Source: a virus. Taken from it: 39,019 nucleotides of DNA. Under the pieces are notes generated by a model. That model saw only the letters and a list, made by a program, of their open reading frames with translations. It ran no database searches and was not told the origin of the DNA. The DNA is taken from the IMG/VR virus record IMGVR_UViG_3300006071_000030; one strand, written 5' to 3'. The translations under genes and the position numbers were made by a program. Below, in pieces: positions 1 to 9,789 of the stretch. Within the stretch, counting starts at the first letter, position 1; each line of letters begins with the position of its first letter.

Positions 1-130
1 AACCGCCTGAACCAAGACTGTCGACCTGGTCGTATGGTTGCACTCTTGGAGTGGTAGTCGTTCCCGACATGCCTCTTTGTTGGAAAGCATTTTCTGCTTG
101 CTTAATCATCTCGTCATCAAAACGGCTCAT
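1..130 (-). CDS. hypothetical protein, partial (N-terminus in window; rest beyond window start)
   Basis: ATG at 130..128 overlaps the upstream stop as ATGA. Open frame runs to the window edge (MSRFDDEMIKQAENAFQQRGMSGTTTTPRV...). Not in the ORF track because it is truncated. Confidence 0.35.
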   Translation of the reverse strand, partial: MSRFDDEMIKQAENAFQQRGMSGTTTTPRVQPYDQVDSLGSGG

Positions 131-840
131 GATTGCTCCTCGCTAGTTTCTTCGTTTTTATTTTGTGCATCAATCTCTGCGGTGCCCTTGAGCAGGTCCC
201 ACATTCTTGTGGTACCATCCATGGCTGCATTCATTGAGTCATCTTGAAGAGCTCCAGGATTCATACCCTTTGCACTCTTCTTTTTAAGCTTCTTCTTATT
301 CTTTTCGATCTTTTGTGATGCTGGACTTAGGAAATTACGCTTGATGTTTTTTCCTACCTCAGGATCTATACCCAGGAACTTGGGTCTTTTAAATCCTAAA
401 GCTCCAGCAATTTCGTGTCCGCAGGCAGGATTTTCACAAGAACCTGACAAATCGCCCTTTTTCATCGAGTCATTAACGAATGTACGCTGCTTACAACGAG
501 GACATTCAGCCTTACCACTTGATGTACCGCTAAGGTCGAGACCTTCAAAGTCTGGTGAAACAATGTCTACAAAAGACAAGCTTCTGTAGGCAGCTTTAGC
601 ATTAGGGTTCTGCTCTGCAAGACTCTGCTGCTGCTTTACAACCTGTTGGATGCCCATCGCATCTTGCCATTCTTGAATAGCTTCTTGTACCCGAGGGTCA
701 ATATAGCTACAGTCTGGACAAATGCCATCTCTGTAACCATTACCTTGACACTGCGGGCAATCACCAAGAGGTGAAATGGATACCCTGATTACTTCCAGTG
801 CATACTTCTTAATATCGCTAGATACCTTGAGGACAGGCAT
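127..840 (-). CDS. hypothetical Lys-rich protein with two CxxC...CxxC zinc-ribbon-like motifs
   Basis: ORF track 127..870 has a TTG start. ATG at 840 sits 2 nt after the upstream stop. Motifs CPQCQG...CPDC and CPRC...CENPAC, followed by a KKKLKKK tail. Confidence 0.5.
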   Translation of the reverse strand: MPVLKVSSDIKKYALEVIRVSISPLGDCPQCQGNGYRDGICPDCSYIDPRVQEAIQEWQDAMGIQQVVKQQQSLAEQNPNAKAAYRSLSFVDIVSPDFEGLDLSGTSSGKAECPRCKQRTFVNDSMKKGDLSGSCENPACGHEIAGALGFKRPKFLGIDPEVGKNIKRNFLSPASQKIEKNKKKLKKKSAKGMNPGALQDDSMNAAMDGTTRMWDLLKGTAEIDAQNKNEETSEEQS

Positions 841-842
841 TG

Positions 843-1502
843 TTAGTAACGCTTCTTTTGCAACAACCAAGCTGATTCGTCTGCTGGCTCAAATACAAAG
901 CTCAGCTCGAAGAAGTTAGGTCTGATGCAACTTTCGAATACAAGGCTCTCAATACGCTTGCCAGCCTTGTAAACAGTAACGGTGCGTCCCTTAAGACGAG
1001 GAATGTGTGTGCAGTACTCAGCAGGCTTGCTGGCAACCTTGCCGCAGGCACTGCATTGTGTGCAATCGACGTCAGCACCCATGCTGACAGCGTTCAAGCT
1101 ACCTTCCATAATGGAGTTGGCTAGCTTAGGAAAACTTTGTGCATCTACTTCCATCAGGCAGTAAACACTTCCGTCTGTTGCACCGGAGGCGAGCTTGCTC
1201 TCACGGTAAACAGCATCGAGAATAACCCCACGAGCACGATCAGGATCTGAGTTGTTGTGCTCAACGTAGATAGGCCGACCAACAAAAGTCTTGTAGCTTT
1301 GCTTGATTTGGTCTACAGGCCAACCATCATAATTAGCGTTTACTCTGGAGGAAATGGCTCTAGAAACAGCGTAAACATAACCAGGTTCTGGCTTAAAGTT
1401 AAAATCGTCAAAGGTTACATTGTGCAGCTCAATTGGCTGACCGACGCCAGCAAGAGTCTCTCTACCTTGTAGAGCAATTGAGGGAGCACCAAATTTTATC
1501 AT
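843..1502 (-). CDS. hypothetical protein; possible HK97-family (S78/U35-like) prohead protease with C-terminal zinc ribbon
   Basis: ATG at 1502 has AAAGG about 10 nt upstream. Motif GRPIYVEHNNSDP resembles the P-[ILV]-x-x-x-H-D box of prohead proteases, and AVSMGAD is a candidate Ser box. C-terminal CTQCSACG...C.H. This is a motif-level call only. Confidence 0.35.
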   Translation of the reverse strand: MIKFGAPSIALQGRETLAGVGQPIELHNVTFDDFNFKPEPGYVYAVSRAISSRVNANYDGWPVDQIKQSYKTFVGRPIYVEHNNSDPDRARGVILDAVYRESKLASGATDGSVYCLMEVDAQSFPKLANSIMEGSLNAVSMGADVDCTQCSACGKVASKPAEYCTHIPRLKGRTVTVYKAGKRIESLVFESCIRPNFFELSFVFEPADESAWLLQKKRY

Positions 1503-1565
1503 CTTCAGAACCTTTTCTGTATTAACATATATTTTACATCGTTGTAACAATTAAAACTATGTTAA

Positions 1566-1961
1566 TTAGTGATGTAAGTTAATTTCGTCTTCGAGAGCAT
1601 CAACGAGATTGTGTACTTCTTTGCTTTGTTCTTGCTCGAGTTCAAGGATCTCATTGATCTTTACAAGCAATTCTTGGATGGTTGTAAGGCTTTCACGCAA
1701 TACTTTAGCATCTGCTCGAGTCTGCTCAAACATACTGATACCAACAACAGACTCAATGAACAGTGCCATGTAGGAAGCCCATACATTCCACCAGCCAATA
1801 ACGTTGATGTCAATTGTTCCCCAAGCAGCGCAGAACAAAGTAATAAACGTAATTGTCCCAATGAAATACCAATTACGAATAGAAAACTGAATCTTCCAAG
1901 AAATATGCTTGCCAAGACCGATGGGGTCGCCCGTAATAGGGTGTCTAAATCTCCTGGCCAT
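1566..1961 (-). CDS. membrane protein with C-terminal coiled-coil (hypothetical)
   Basis: Hydrophobic segments (FIGTITFITLFCAAWG, WASYMALFIESVVGI), then a Glu/Leu-rich heptad tail. Confidence 0.5.
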   Translation of the reverse strand: MARRFRHPITGDPIGLGKHISWKIQFSIRNWYFIGTITFITLFCAAWGTIDINVIGWWNVWASYMALFIESVVGISMFEQTRADAKVLRESLTTIQELLVKINEILELEQEQSKEVHNLVDALEDEINLHH

Positions 1962-2335
1962 TATTCCTCGTTTTCGTGCGCTGCTCTGAGTCCTTCGTGG
2001 TAGCCAAGGTGTCTATCAATAGACTGTGTAAGCTTGTCTACGTGCTGTTCGATACCCATCAAGTGGTCAACCTTTGTCTCTAGGCGATTCCACTGGTCTT
2101 TAGGGCTCGAGCCACCGTTAGTCTTGAACTGGCTGAACAAGCGTTCAAACTTCTCGTCTTGATCAATCTTGCTTTCAATGATTGACTTCTCAAGCTCATC
2201 CATCTTTTTGTCGCTATGGCGCACAATAAGCTTGTAGATGAAACGTGCCACAGTTGCAAAACCAGCTGCAGCAAAGAAGAAGTTAGAGATATAGCTAAAC
2301 CAGGTATTGCTTGAATTAAAAAACGTGCCGAGCAT
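1961..2335 (-). CDS. membrane-anchored coiled-coil protein (hypothetical), same architecture as its neighbour
   Basis: N-terminal TM segment (WFSYISNFFFAAAGFATVARFIY), then a charged helical region. Stop/start are adjacent to the flanking genes. Confidence 0.5.
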   Translation of the reverse strand: MLGTFFNSSNTWFSYISNFFFAAAGFATVARFIYKLIVRHSDKKMDELEKSIIESKIDQDEKFERLFSQFKTNGGSSPKDQWNRLETKVDHLMGIEQHVDKLTQSIDRHLGYHEGLRAAHENEE

Positions 2336-2523
2336 TATGCATCAATTTTTTCATAGATGCTATTTGACAAATCAAGCTTGTGGGCATTTCGGCACTTAAT
2401 GCCTTCTCCCTCTTTGATAATGTCAAGCTTAACTAGGGGGCTAACTACGTCAAGAAAGCTCTTCTTATTGAAGGCAGCTTTTGGTAGAAGACGAGGAGTC
2501 TCATTATTAAAAAGAGTGCTCAT
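2335..2523 (-). CDS. small hypothetical protein (62 aa)
   Basis: GGAG Shine-Dalgarno upstream of the ATG at 2523. Packed between neighbouring genes. Confidence 0.35.
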   Translation of the reverse strand: MSTLFNNETPRLLPKAAFNKKSFLDVVSPLVKLDIIKEGEGIKCRNAHKLDLSNSIYEKIDA

Positions 2524-2581
2524 GGATGTCTCCGTTGATTAAATATTACACGTTCTACTAATTAGTGCAATATCTATTGTG

Positions 2582-4963
2582 TTATAAATCTTCCTTTGGA
2601 AGATCTGGGTGATAATCTCCGCTAATAGCAGGTGCACTGATCGCACTATCTCCACCCATACTGTTGCCACCGGCCATATCAGCGATAGGGTTACCAGTAT
2701 CTTCAGGGTTAGTAGGAGTAGGGATCATTGAGCTATCACCGTCAAGAGCATTAGCAAGATGTTGCTTAAATGCCTCTTCGTCAAACTTCTCATAGCTATT
2801 GTCAACAATAACCTTCATACCAGTAGCAAGCTTCATACGCTTACGCTTCTTCTGCTCAAATGGTACAGCGAACTTCATACGGTCACCGTATTCAACGCGA
2901 CCACTAAAGTCATCGTAATCATCTTCGTCCCAACCAGATACGGATGCAGTCTTCTTCTTAGGTCCATTCTTAGGACCCTTCTTAGAAGGCTTAGGTTGGC
3001 TCTTACGCTGTTCGTAGCTTTCTTCTGGACGTTGACGTTGCTGAGCAGCTTCTTGGTTGATGCTTGGGTATACTTGTGCACCAGCAGCAGCGTCACTGTT
3101 GCCTGCGGCATTACCAGTCATATTGGGTGCGCTAGGTGGAGCTACAAGACCAGCCATAGCACCTGGGGCAAGCTGTGCACCAAGCGATGGGTCTTCCATC
3201 ATCGCTAGGTAGGCCTGGTATTCCTGTACATATTCTGGTGGTACTGGCAATTGCAGAACCATCAAACGGTTGAACAGTTCCTTCTTGAATTGCTGTTCAG
3301 CAACAACCGTCTTAATCTTCTCTTCCTTACGTGCATCAATCTCGTCATCGAAGTCGATTGGGATATTGACAGCAAGTGTGCTGAGGGAGATGGGGAAGCC
3401 TGAGGCGCTGAGCTGCTGGAGGAACCCACGCTCAACTGTCTCATCTCTGAGGTTCATCGAACGGAATCTTACCTCTGGAATGGCCAGCTTGGGTCGTTCT
3501 TCAACATATTCAGCACCAGTCTCTTCATCAACCATGAGAACAGTTTCCATAACAGGTACCATTTGGCCACCCACGTTACGCATCTCATAGTGACCTTGTC
3601 TTTCTGCTACTGGCTCCATACGGGAACGGATAAACTTCTCGATCTTGTGCTGGTAAGTACTAAGCATCTGAGTAATAAGCTCTCGGTTCAAAGCACCTGA
3701 AGCATAGGTACCACCCTGGCCACCCTGAATAAGGTCAGCACCGATACCGAATACACCCATGAGGTTTGTCTGTACACGCATGAAATCTGTGTCAAGACGA
3801 GGCATGCTTTCACGTCCAAAGGCGTTCTGGATCTGCAAACCGTGGTGGTATGTCATCAGACGGAAGTCTGAGTTAATAGCCATGGCCAAGTCGTCACGCA
3901 AAGACTGGAGCTCCATAGCATCTGGGATCCATGGACCGTCCTGGTCTACGTCAGGAAGTCCCAAGGTAGCAAGGATAAGGGGAGAATACAGACGGTCAGC
4001 AATAGCGTCTTGAGCGGAGTTGAGGGACTCCTCAAGCATAAGAGTGCGAAAGGCACGAAGAAGAATAGGAGTACCATGTTCGCTCCACGGGTTGGTAGAG
4101 AACTTGATCTGCTTCATGATTACATCAGAAACAGGGATTTCCTTATCTTGTCTAGCCCAAGCCACAACGTCTGGATAGAGCTGCATAAGCATTGCATACT
4201 CTTGTGGAGGATCACGACGTTCGATAAGACGCTTGATCTCTTCAGGTACCTTAACGTGGAACTGGTATGTTCTAAGAGCACGGTTCTTAGCGACGATAAC
4301 GTCGTTAGGGTTGATGATCTCATCTTCTTCCCATGCACCAATACCATCGTGCCAAGAACCCATGGCGAACACTTCACCAACGGTCCAGTGCTCACGACCA
4401 AGGTCATAGAGGAAGTCTTGGTAATTAAGACCATCAAAGAACAACTCATTATAGAAGTCAGAGATGCGCTTGTCGGGGTGTACTAGCTCGATGTCCAGCA
4501 AGGGGAAACGAGTATAGATGTCAATAAGACCAGGTACCAAGTGGTGAGTGGTGTAAAGAAGGCGAGCCCAGTCACGTATCTTACGAGTCTGCTCATCTGG
4601 GTCTTCCATGTTGAACCACCACGTGCGCTCACGCCAGTATTCAAATGGGTCGTGTAGCTTAGGAAGTGCCCACTGGGCATCTGATCCTGTAGCAGCAGCA
4701 GTTCTGCGGTTAGACGTTCTAGCCATGCCGTTCTCAGCAAGGAAGTCAGAACCTAACTTATTAAGACGTTGTCTACCCTCTGGAGGTCCACCCATTGCAG
4801 TAGCCATTGGACCAATGTCATTAAGCATTGATCCTGGCGTAGAAGCCCTATTGAGCATGTCACGTGCAGCGACACGCCCAGCAATAGGGTTCTTAGGAAG
4901 GGTGATACCAGATGTCTTCATGCGGCTAAATTCCGCAGAAGCACTCCAGTCGTTGGTAGCCAT
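2582..4963 (-). CDS. large hypothetical virion-associated protein (794 aa); portal is one possibility
   Basis: Long ORF with a structured N-terminal two thirds and a low-complexity Gln/Ala/Lys-rich C-terminal third. ATG at 4963 (the ORF track begins one codon earlier at TTG). No Walker motifs. Confidence 0.55.
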   Translation of the reverse strand: MATNDWSASAEFSRMKTSGITLPKNPIAGRVAARDMLNRASTPGSMLNDIGPMATAMGGPPEGRQRLNKLGSDFLAENGMARTSNRRTAAATGSDAQWALPKLHDPFEYWRERTWWFNMEDPDEQTRKIRDWARLLYTTHHLVPGLIDIYTRFPLLDIELVHPDKRISDFYNELFFDGLNYQDFLYDLGREHWTVGEVFAMGSWHDGIGAWEEDEIINPNDVIVAKNRALRTYQFHVKVPEEIKRLIERRDPPQEYAMLMQLYPDVVAWARQDKEIPVSDVIMKQIKFSTNPWSEHGTPILLRAFRTLMLEESLNSAQDAIADRLYSPLILATLGLPDVDQDGPWIPDAMELQSLRDDLAMAINSDFRLMTYHHGLQIQNAFGRESMPRLDTDFMRVQTNLMGVFGIGADLIQGGQGGTYASGALNRELITQMLSTYQHKIEKFIRSRMEPVAERQGHYEMRNVGGQMVPVMETVLMVDEETGAEYVEERPKLAIPEVRFRSMNLRDETVERGFLQQLSASGFPISLSTLAVNIPIDFDDEIDARKEEKIKTVVAEQQFKKELFNRLMVLQLPVPPEYVQEYQAYLAMMEDPSLGAQLAPGAMAGLVAPPSAPNMTGNAAGNSDAAAGAQVYPSINQEAAQQRQRPEESYEQRKSQPKPSKKGPKNGPKKKTASVSGWDEDDYDDFSGRVEYGDRMKFAVPFEQKKRKRMKLATGMKVIVDNSYEKFDEEAFKQHLANALDGDSSMIPTPTNPEDTGNPIADMAGGNSMGGDSAISAPAISGDYHPDLPKEDL

Positions 4964-4975
4964 CAATTAGTCTTT

Positions 4976-5158
4976 CTATAGCCCGCATCCGCAAGACTCA
5001 ATGCCAGGGATTGCTTGGCAACCACATGCATAGTTGACGCTTCGGGTAGACTTAATGATACCACCAGATTTGTTCTGAATGATAGGGTTTCCGTTAAAAT
5101 CAAAGTTGGCACCAACGCGGCGGATAGATGCCTGTCTAATGTTTTGCTGTCTTTCCAT
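4976..5158 (-). CDS. small Cys-rich protein (60 aa), C-terminal CGCQ...SCGCGL
   Basis: AAGGA Shine-Dalgarno 7 nt upstream of the ATG at 5158. Sits between two giant genes. Confidence 0.4.
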   Translation of the reverse strand: MERQQNIRQASIRRVGANFDFNGNPIIQNKSGGIIKSTRSVNYACGCQAIPGIESCGCGL

Positions 5159-5167
5159 AAGTTATCC

Positions 5168-8100
5168 TTAAGCTTGAGGTTCGTTCCAAGAGATACGACC
5201 CAAAAGCTGCACACCAACACCATTAAGGTTCTGGGCAACTAGAGTCAATGTATCTGGACCATCTGGGTAGATGTTCTTATCAGGTGTAGCGAGTGCTGCA
5301 ACAGTAGAAGTACCACCGTTGAGGACACTGTTACCAAGGTCGCGGACACCGGCAACGTTAACTTCCTGTGTGGTGTCTACAAAGAAACCACCGGTAACTT
5401 CACCAGCAGCCAAACCACTAGCAACCGTAACACCATTGGGTACAGAAGAGTAGTCAGCAATCTGGCTAAGCGATGAGTTCGGGCTGTTTGTACCAGCGAC
5501 GACGTTTGTCCACTGTGGCAATGTTCCACCATTGATAAGCTGTGGCACGCCATTCAAGTAAGCCTTGATAAGCACGTTACCGGCACCAACCCCCTGTGTA
5601 CCAGTAACCGTAACTGACACGTCAAGCGTCTGCAGCTGCAACTGAACTCGGTTAGCCAGTTCGTGTGATCCAAGGATAGAACTTGTTTGGCTGTTGTCAA
5701 CGCTAGGGGCAATACGAATCGACATCAGAGCCTTGGTCTGACCAGAAGCCAACGTAATTGGAGTAGTCTGACCATAGGTGAACAAAAGGTTGGCGTCAGG
5801 CGAGAAACCACCATCCATTGTTACTGCAGTACCCCAGTGGCTAAAGTATGGGCTGTGCGTAGGCATTGCCAACTCAACCGTAGTGGGTGCGGTAGCAGAG
5901 TATGAGAATGCAGTTCCTGCAAGTCCCATAGCCTGCACTGGAACCGTTGCGCTGGCGTTAGTCGATACAGAAGCATTGCTAAACGTAATGAAGTTACCGC
6001 TGATGGAAGCAACGTATGTGTTGTCGGGGAACAACGTCGGTGCAGTAACCTTAGAACCAATTGCAACACCGGTAATAGTTCCGCTACCAATTGGGCTACC
6101 AGACGTTAAAGAAAGCGTCAGGGAAGCAGGGGTAGCAATACCACGTGTCAAACCACCGAAGCTGCTAGCAGTTACAGTTGTGTAATTAACGTATTCAACA
6201 CCAGTCGTGGCGTTCTTGATCGCAAGAGTGCCTGATGCAGGGAATGCGCTATTGCCAGCTGGATTCAGCGTATTGTTAACATAGATTGTGGTGTCTGTTG
6301 CACCGATGCCAGATGTGGTAGTGGTAATTGGTGGGATCGTAGATGTTTCGTAACGACCCGGCAAGTTACCAGAGCGCATGTAGGCAGTGGTGTTGATGTT
6401 GTTGTTAGCCAGCTTGTGGCAGAACATGATGTTACCATCAGTAGTTCTCAGGCCCCAACGCACGAAACCAGCTCCGTACCACGAGTAGTCAAGGTACCAC
6501 ATCTGCATCTTGGTAAGGTCAAGCTTGTAACCGCTAGGTCCAGTTCCATCAAGTTTGTCGATGTTCCATTGCGACTGTGGCACACGGTTGTCGACAGTGG
6601 CTGTAACAGTCACGTAGTTGGCAGTAATACCACGGTAAGCAGGGCTAATGGTGATCTGCGTATCGCTAGCGATATCAGTAACACGGTAAGAGCTACCACG
6701 GATAACAATGTACTGACCAGGGGTCAGCTGCTTGCTAAAGATGGTTGGGAAATTGCCATCGGTTGCAGTAACCGTTGTGCTACCGTTTGTTACAGTTGCA
6801 CGACCAGCAACCTGCTTAATTGAGCTACGAAGAACAGCGTAAAGCTGCTGACCATCGTACTCGAAGAACATGCCATTTTCTTGGTTGAAAAGACCCATTC
6901 TCTGTACAGCACCGTACCAACCATTAACTGTGCAAATAAAGTTTGCAGGATAATCAGATGGTGAAGTATTGCCAAGAGTACCAGTAGCAGTAATAGTGAA
7001 CTGAGTGGCATTAAGAATGTTGGCAATAGGGTATGTGCCGTTGTAACCACTAGTAATTACACCAGCGATATTTACACTTGTACCAGGGGTAAGGTTGTGC
7101 TGTTCACGAGTTGTTACGGTGATCGTCGAACCAGGAGTTGTGCCAGTGGCAGAAATACCATCAACAGTGAATGCAGTGTTAAGGATCGTACCGGTGGCCA
7201 TTTCAAGACCCTTACCAGACTGGTAGTGGAAGTTACGACGGGTTTGACGAATAGCAGATTGGTGGTTGCTCAAGCTTTGTGGTCCGAACAGCACACCACC
7301 GTCAAATGGACGCTGAGCGAACAAAGATTGGTTGCGAGGAGTGATTGAACCACCGGTAGGAGTACCACCAGGTGCGCTCAATGCATAGTAGGTAAGACCG
7401 CTAGCACTGGTAATACCAGTTACATAGAAGTTACCATTCGCAGCAGATTGGCTAGTACCGCTAACGCTAATTTCATTACCAATGCTCAGGCCATGAGGAA
7501 CGGTTGTCGTTACAGTAATCAAGTTACTTGAGTTGGTAAACGTTGGTGTACCGCCGATAGCAGCACCGGTGTAGTACTGCTGCTGCCAGACCTGAGTCTT
7601 AAATGGGTCAAAGAAACCCGAAGTACCACTAGGAGTACCAAATGTGTTTACTGTCTTGGCAGAGTAAGTGAACGAGTTTGTGCCGCTTGTTTCTACGATG
7701 AAGTTACCGTTGGCTGGAGCGAAGAAAGCATCTTGCACAGAGAATGGTGTGCCTGTGGCAAGGCCGCCACCACTTGTAAGAACAGTCACTGTCTTGCTGT
7801 TGGCACTCATAGTCATACCAGTTACGGTAAGACCATTAGTAGCCAGCGAAATTGGTGGGTACATGTTATAACCAGCAGGGTGCCAGTTAGTTGTGCCGAG
7901 AGCTTCCCACTTAGAAGTCTGGTTACCATACTCAAAGTCGGTGTCAATCATCGACTGAGGTGTAGAGACGCGTTGCTTACCCACTGGGTCGTAAAGCTCT
8001 TCCACAGGAACTGTGCGTTGAGCATATTCATCAACTGTGATAGTGATCTTGTCGGTGGCAAGCATGCCAGATGTACCGCCGTTGAACACAACAGTAGTTA

Positions 8101-8332
8101 CACCCTTGCTAGAAGAAGTAGGAAGATTAGTAGTGCTAGAAACCTGGTTAGAAACTGTAGCAGTAAAACCAGCTAGAGTAAATACAGGGTCACCAATTTT
8201 AAACAATGTTACGCCACGTGTAGTGTTTACTACGGATACAAGACGTTCCTGTGGAATATACTGGTTGATTACGAGAGTTGAAGTACTCGGTGTAAATACG
8301 TAATTATCGTAGTACGATGTTGTTTGTGCCAT
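5168..8332 (-). CDS. large Thr/Ser/Gly/Asn-rich structural protein (1,054 aa); fibre/tailspike-like composition
   Basis: Uninterrupted 3.2-kb ORF with beta-rich low-complexity composition typical of fibres or receptor-binding proteins. No enzymatic motifs seen. Confidence 0.65.
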   Translation of the reverse strand: MAQTTSYYDNYVFTPSTSTLVINQYIPQERLVSVVNTTRGVTLFKIGDPVFTLAGFTATVSNQVSSTTNLPTSSSKGVTTVVFNGGTSGMLATDKITITVDEYAQRTVPVEELYDPVGKQRVSTPQSMIDTDFEYGNQTSKWEALGTTNWHPAGYNMYPPISLATNGLTVTGMTMSANSKTVTVLTSGGGLATGTPFSVQDAFFAPANGNFIVETSGTNSFTYSAKTVNTFGTPSGTSGFFDPFKTQVWQQQYYTGAAIGGTPTFTNSSNLITVTTTVPHGLSIGNEISVSGTSQSAANGNFYVTGITSASGLTYYALSAPGGTPTGGSITPRNQSLFAQRPFDGGVLFGPQSLSNHQSAIRQTRRNFHYQSGKGLEMATGTILNTAFTVDGISATGTTPGSTITVTTREQHNLTPGTSVNIAGVITSGYNGTYPIANILNATQFTITATGTLGNTSPSDYPANFICTVNGWYGAVQRMGLFNQENGMFFEYDGQQLYAVLRSSIKQVAGRATVTNGSTTVTATDGNFPTIFSKQLTPGQYIVIRGSSYRVTDIASDTQITISPAYRGITANYVTVTATVDNRVPQSQWNIDKLDGTGPSGYKLDLTKMQMWYLDYSWYGAGFVRWGLRTTDGNIMFCHKLANNNINTTAYMRSGNLPGRYETSTIPPITTTTSGIGATDTTIYVNNTLNPAGNSAFPASGTLAIKNATTGVEYVNYTTVTASSFGGLTRGIATPASLTLSLTSGSPIGSGTITGVAIGSKVTAPTLFPDNTYVASISGNFITFSNASVSTNASATVPVQAMGLAGTAFSYSATAPTTVELAMPTHSPYFSHWGTAVTMDGGFSPDANLLFTYGQTTPITLASGQTKALMSIRIAPSVDNSQTSSILGSHELANRVQLQLQTLDVSVTVTGTQGVGAGNVLIKAYLNGVPQLINGGTLPQWTNVVAGTNSPNSSLSQIADYSSVPNGVTVASGLAAGEVTGGFFVDTTQEVNVAGVRDLGNSVLNGGTSTVAALATPDKNIYPDGPDTLTLVAQNLNGVGVQLLGRISWNEPQA

Positions 8333-8340
8333 TGTTTTCC

Positions 8341-9096
8341 TTAGCCGAAGTAGTTATGGTTGTTGTCAACACTTGACAATGGTGTTGGGTTCTCGTTGTA
8401 GTTAGTAACAACACCACCAGAGATAGTTAGTTGATCAGAGTCAGCAATATTAGGTTGACCAATACTACCATCAACCCATGTTGCTTCTTGGCCAATACTA
8501 ACGGCGCTAAGGTCAACAAACAATCCAGGCAATGCCCAGTCAATAATACCTGTGCCACCTGATGCTGTCAATCTATAAGCAGTATAAAATAAACCATCTG
8601 CGATCGGAATAGAAATCAGTGTTGGTGTAGAAGCAGCGGTAATGGTTGTTGTGGCTAAAGTTGCCCAGTTTGTTGAGCTGTATGAGCTAGCCGACGATGT
8701 GTAGTAAGCATTGGGCGTATAACGGTCATATGTGCCTTGCAATCTGATTGTTGCTGTACCAGTCCAACCAGCTTCTGCGCTAAGCACAGCAGTAATTGAT
8801 TGCAAGTCTTGAAGTGTTACAGAAGCATCAGGTGCGCAAATGATACTAATATCAACTGCACCATTGCCATTAACATTAAGATTAAGACCAGGGTTAACTG
8901 AGCCAGGTTGCGCGTATGCGACATTACCACTCGTTGTCATGTAGCCAACTGCTCCATTGCTGAATTGAGCAGCGTAGGCCACTGCAGGAGGGTACACCGC
9001 ACCAGGTGTCCCATCATTACCATAATTGGTAACAAATTGACCCAATGGCCATGTCTTCTTTTGTTGCTTTGGGCCTTTACCTTCTGCGATGTTCAC
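8341..9096 (-). CDS. Thr/Ser/Gly/Tyr-rich structural protein (251 aa), fibre-like
   Basis: Composition similar to the 1,054-aa neighbour. 8-nt spacing to the downstream gene. Confidence 0.55.
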   Translation of the reverse strand: MNIAEGKGPKQQKKTWPLGQFVTNYGNDGTPGAVYPPAVAYAAQFSNGAVGYMTTSGNVAYAQPGSVNPGLNLNVNGNGAVDISIICAPDASVTLQDLQSITAVLSAEAGWTGTATIRLQGTYDRYTPNAYYTSSASSYSSTNWATLATTTITAASTPTLISIPIADGLFYTAYRLTASGGTGIIDWALPGLFVDLSAVSIGQEATWVDGSIGQPNIADSDQLTISGGVVTNYNENPTPLSSVDNNHNYFG

Positions 9097-9105
9097 AATG
9101 TCTCC

Positions 9106-9786
9106 TTAAAGACTCATATAATCTATGCCTAGATCCGGCGTATCTGATTGCTGGAGAAACTTCATAGCATTCATGCTAATGTCATCATCTGCAACGCTCA
9201 TAGCCGGTGCATCAGCCATTGGTACTGACTGAACTGTCTGTGGCCTTGGAGCAGGAGCAGCTTGCACAGGAGTTTGTGCTGGTCTTGCCGTAATCGCCTT
9301 GTCTAACTTACCTTCAAGGTTCTTAAAGGAGTTAGCAACTGGGTTCAATGAGTTCTTTATTGCTGATTCAATTTTGCTTATTGCTTGTTCGATCTGTGGA
9401 CCAATTGGCTCTTCAGCCTTAGTTGACTCCGGCTTGATAAAGTACTTGTGTAGGACATCATTGCAAAGGTCCCAAGTTAACTTATCAACTCTTTTGCCAA
9501 CAAGACGCATGATCCTTTTTGCCTTGTCATCCCATTGGTATTCATATTGATTGCCATCGTAGTCAATCAACTTTCCCCAACGGAACTCATCCTCAACCTG
9601 ATCAAGGGTTAAGAACTCTATGTTAGCAATCTGATAAAGCTCGGGCTCTTCGTCTTCCCAGACTTCTTCCCAAGGGTCTTCATCTTCCCAATCCTGATCC
9701 CATGTGGGCTCAAACATTGGCTCTACAACCTCAAGGACCTCTTCTACAGGAGTAGAAACGATCTTAGTTTTTCTAGATCTGAACAT
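9106..9786 (-). CDS. acidic Trp-rich hypothetical protein (226 aa)
   Basis: Run WDQDWEDEDPWEEVWEDEEPE, then an Ala/Pro/Gln-rich tail. Confidence 0.55.
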   Translation of the reverse strand: MFRSRKTKIVSTPVEEVLEVVEPMFEPTWDQDWEDEDPWEEVWEDEEPELYQIANIEFLTLDQVEDEFRWGKLIDYDGNQYEYQWDDKAKRIMRLVGKRVDKLTWDLCNDVLHKYFIKPESTKAEEPIGPQIEQAISKIESAIKNSLNPVANSFKNLEGKLDKAITARPAQTPVQAAPAPRPQTVQSVPMADAPAMSVADDDISMNAMKFLQQSDTPDLGIDYMSL

Positions 9787-9789
9787 GAG

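Noticed and set aside
2582-4963. Confident portal assignment for the 794-aa protein
   Set aside because: Only the size and position are suggestive. I see no diagnostic motif, so it is kept as a hypothetical with portal as a possibility.
5168-8332. 1,054-aa protein as major capsid protein
   Set aside because: Its size and Thr/Ser/Gly-rich beta composition fit a fibre or tailspike better. Nothing here supports the HK97 fold, so it is left as a structural hypothetical.
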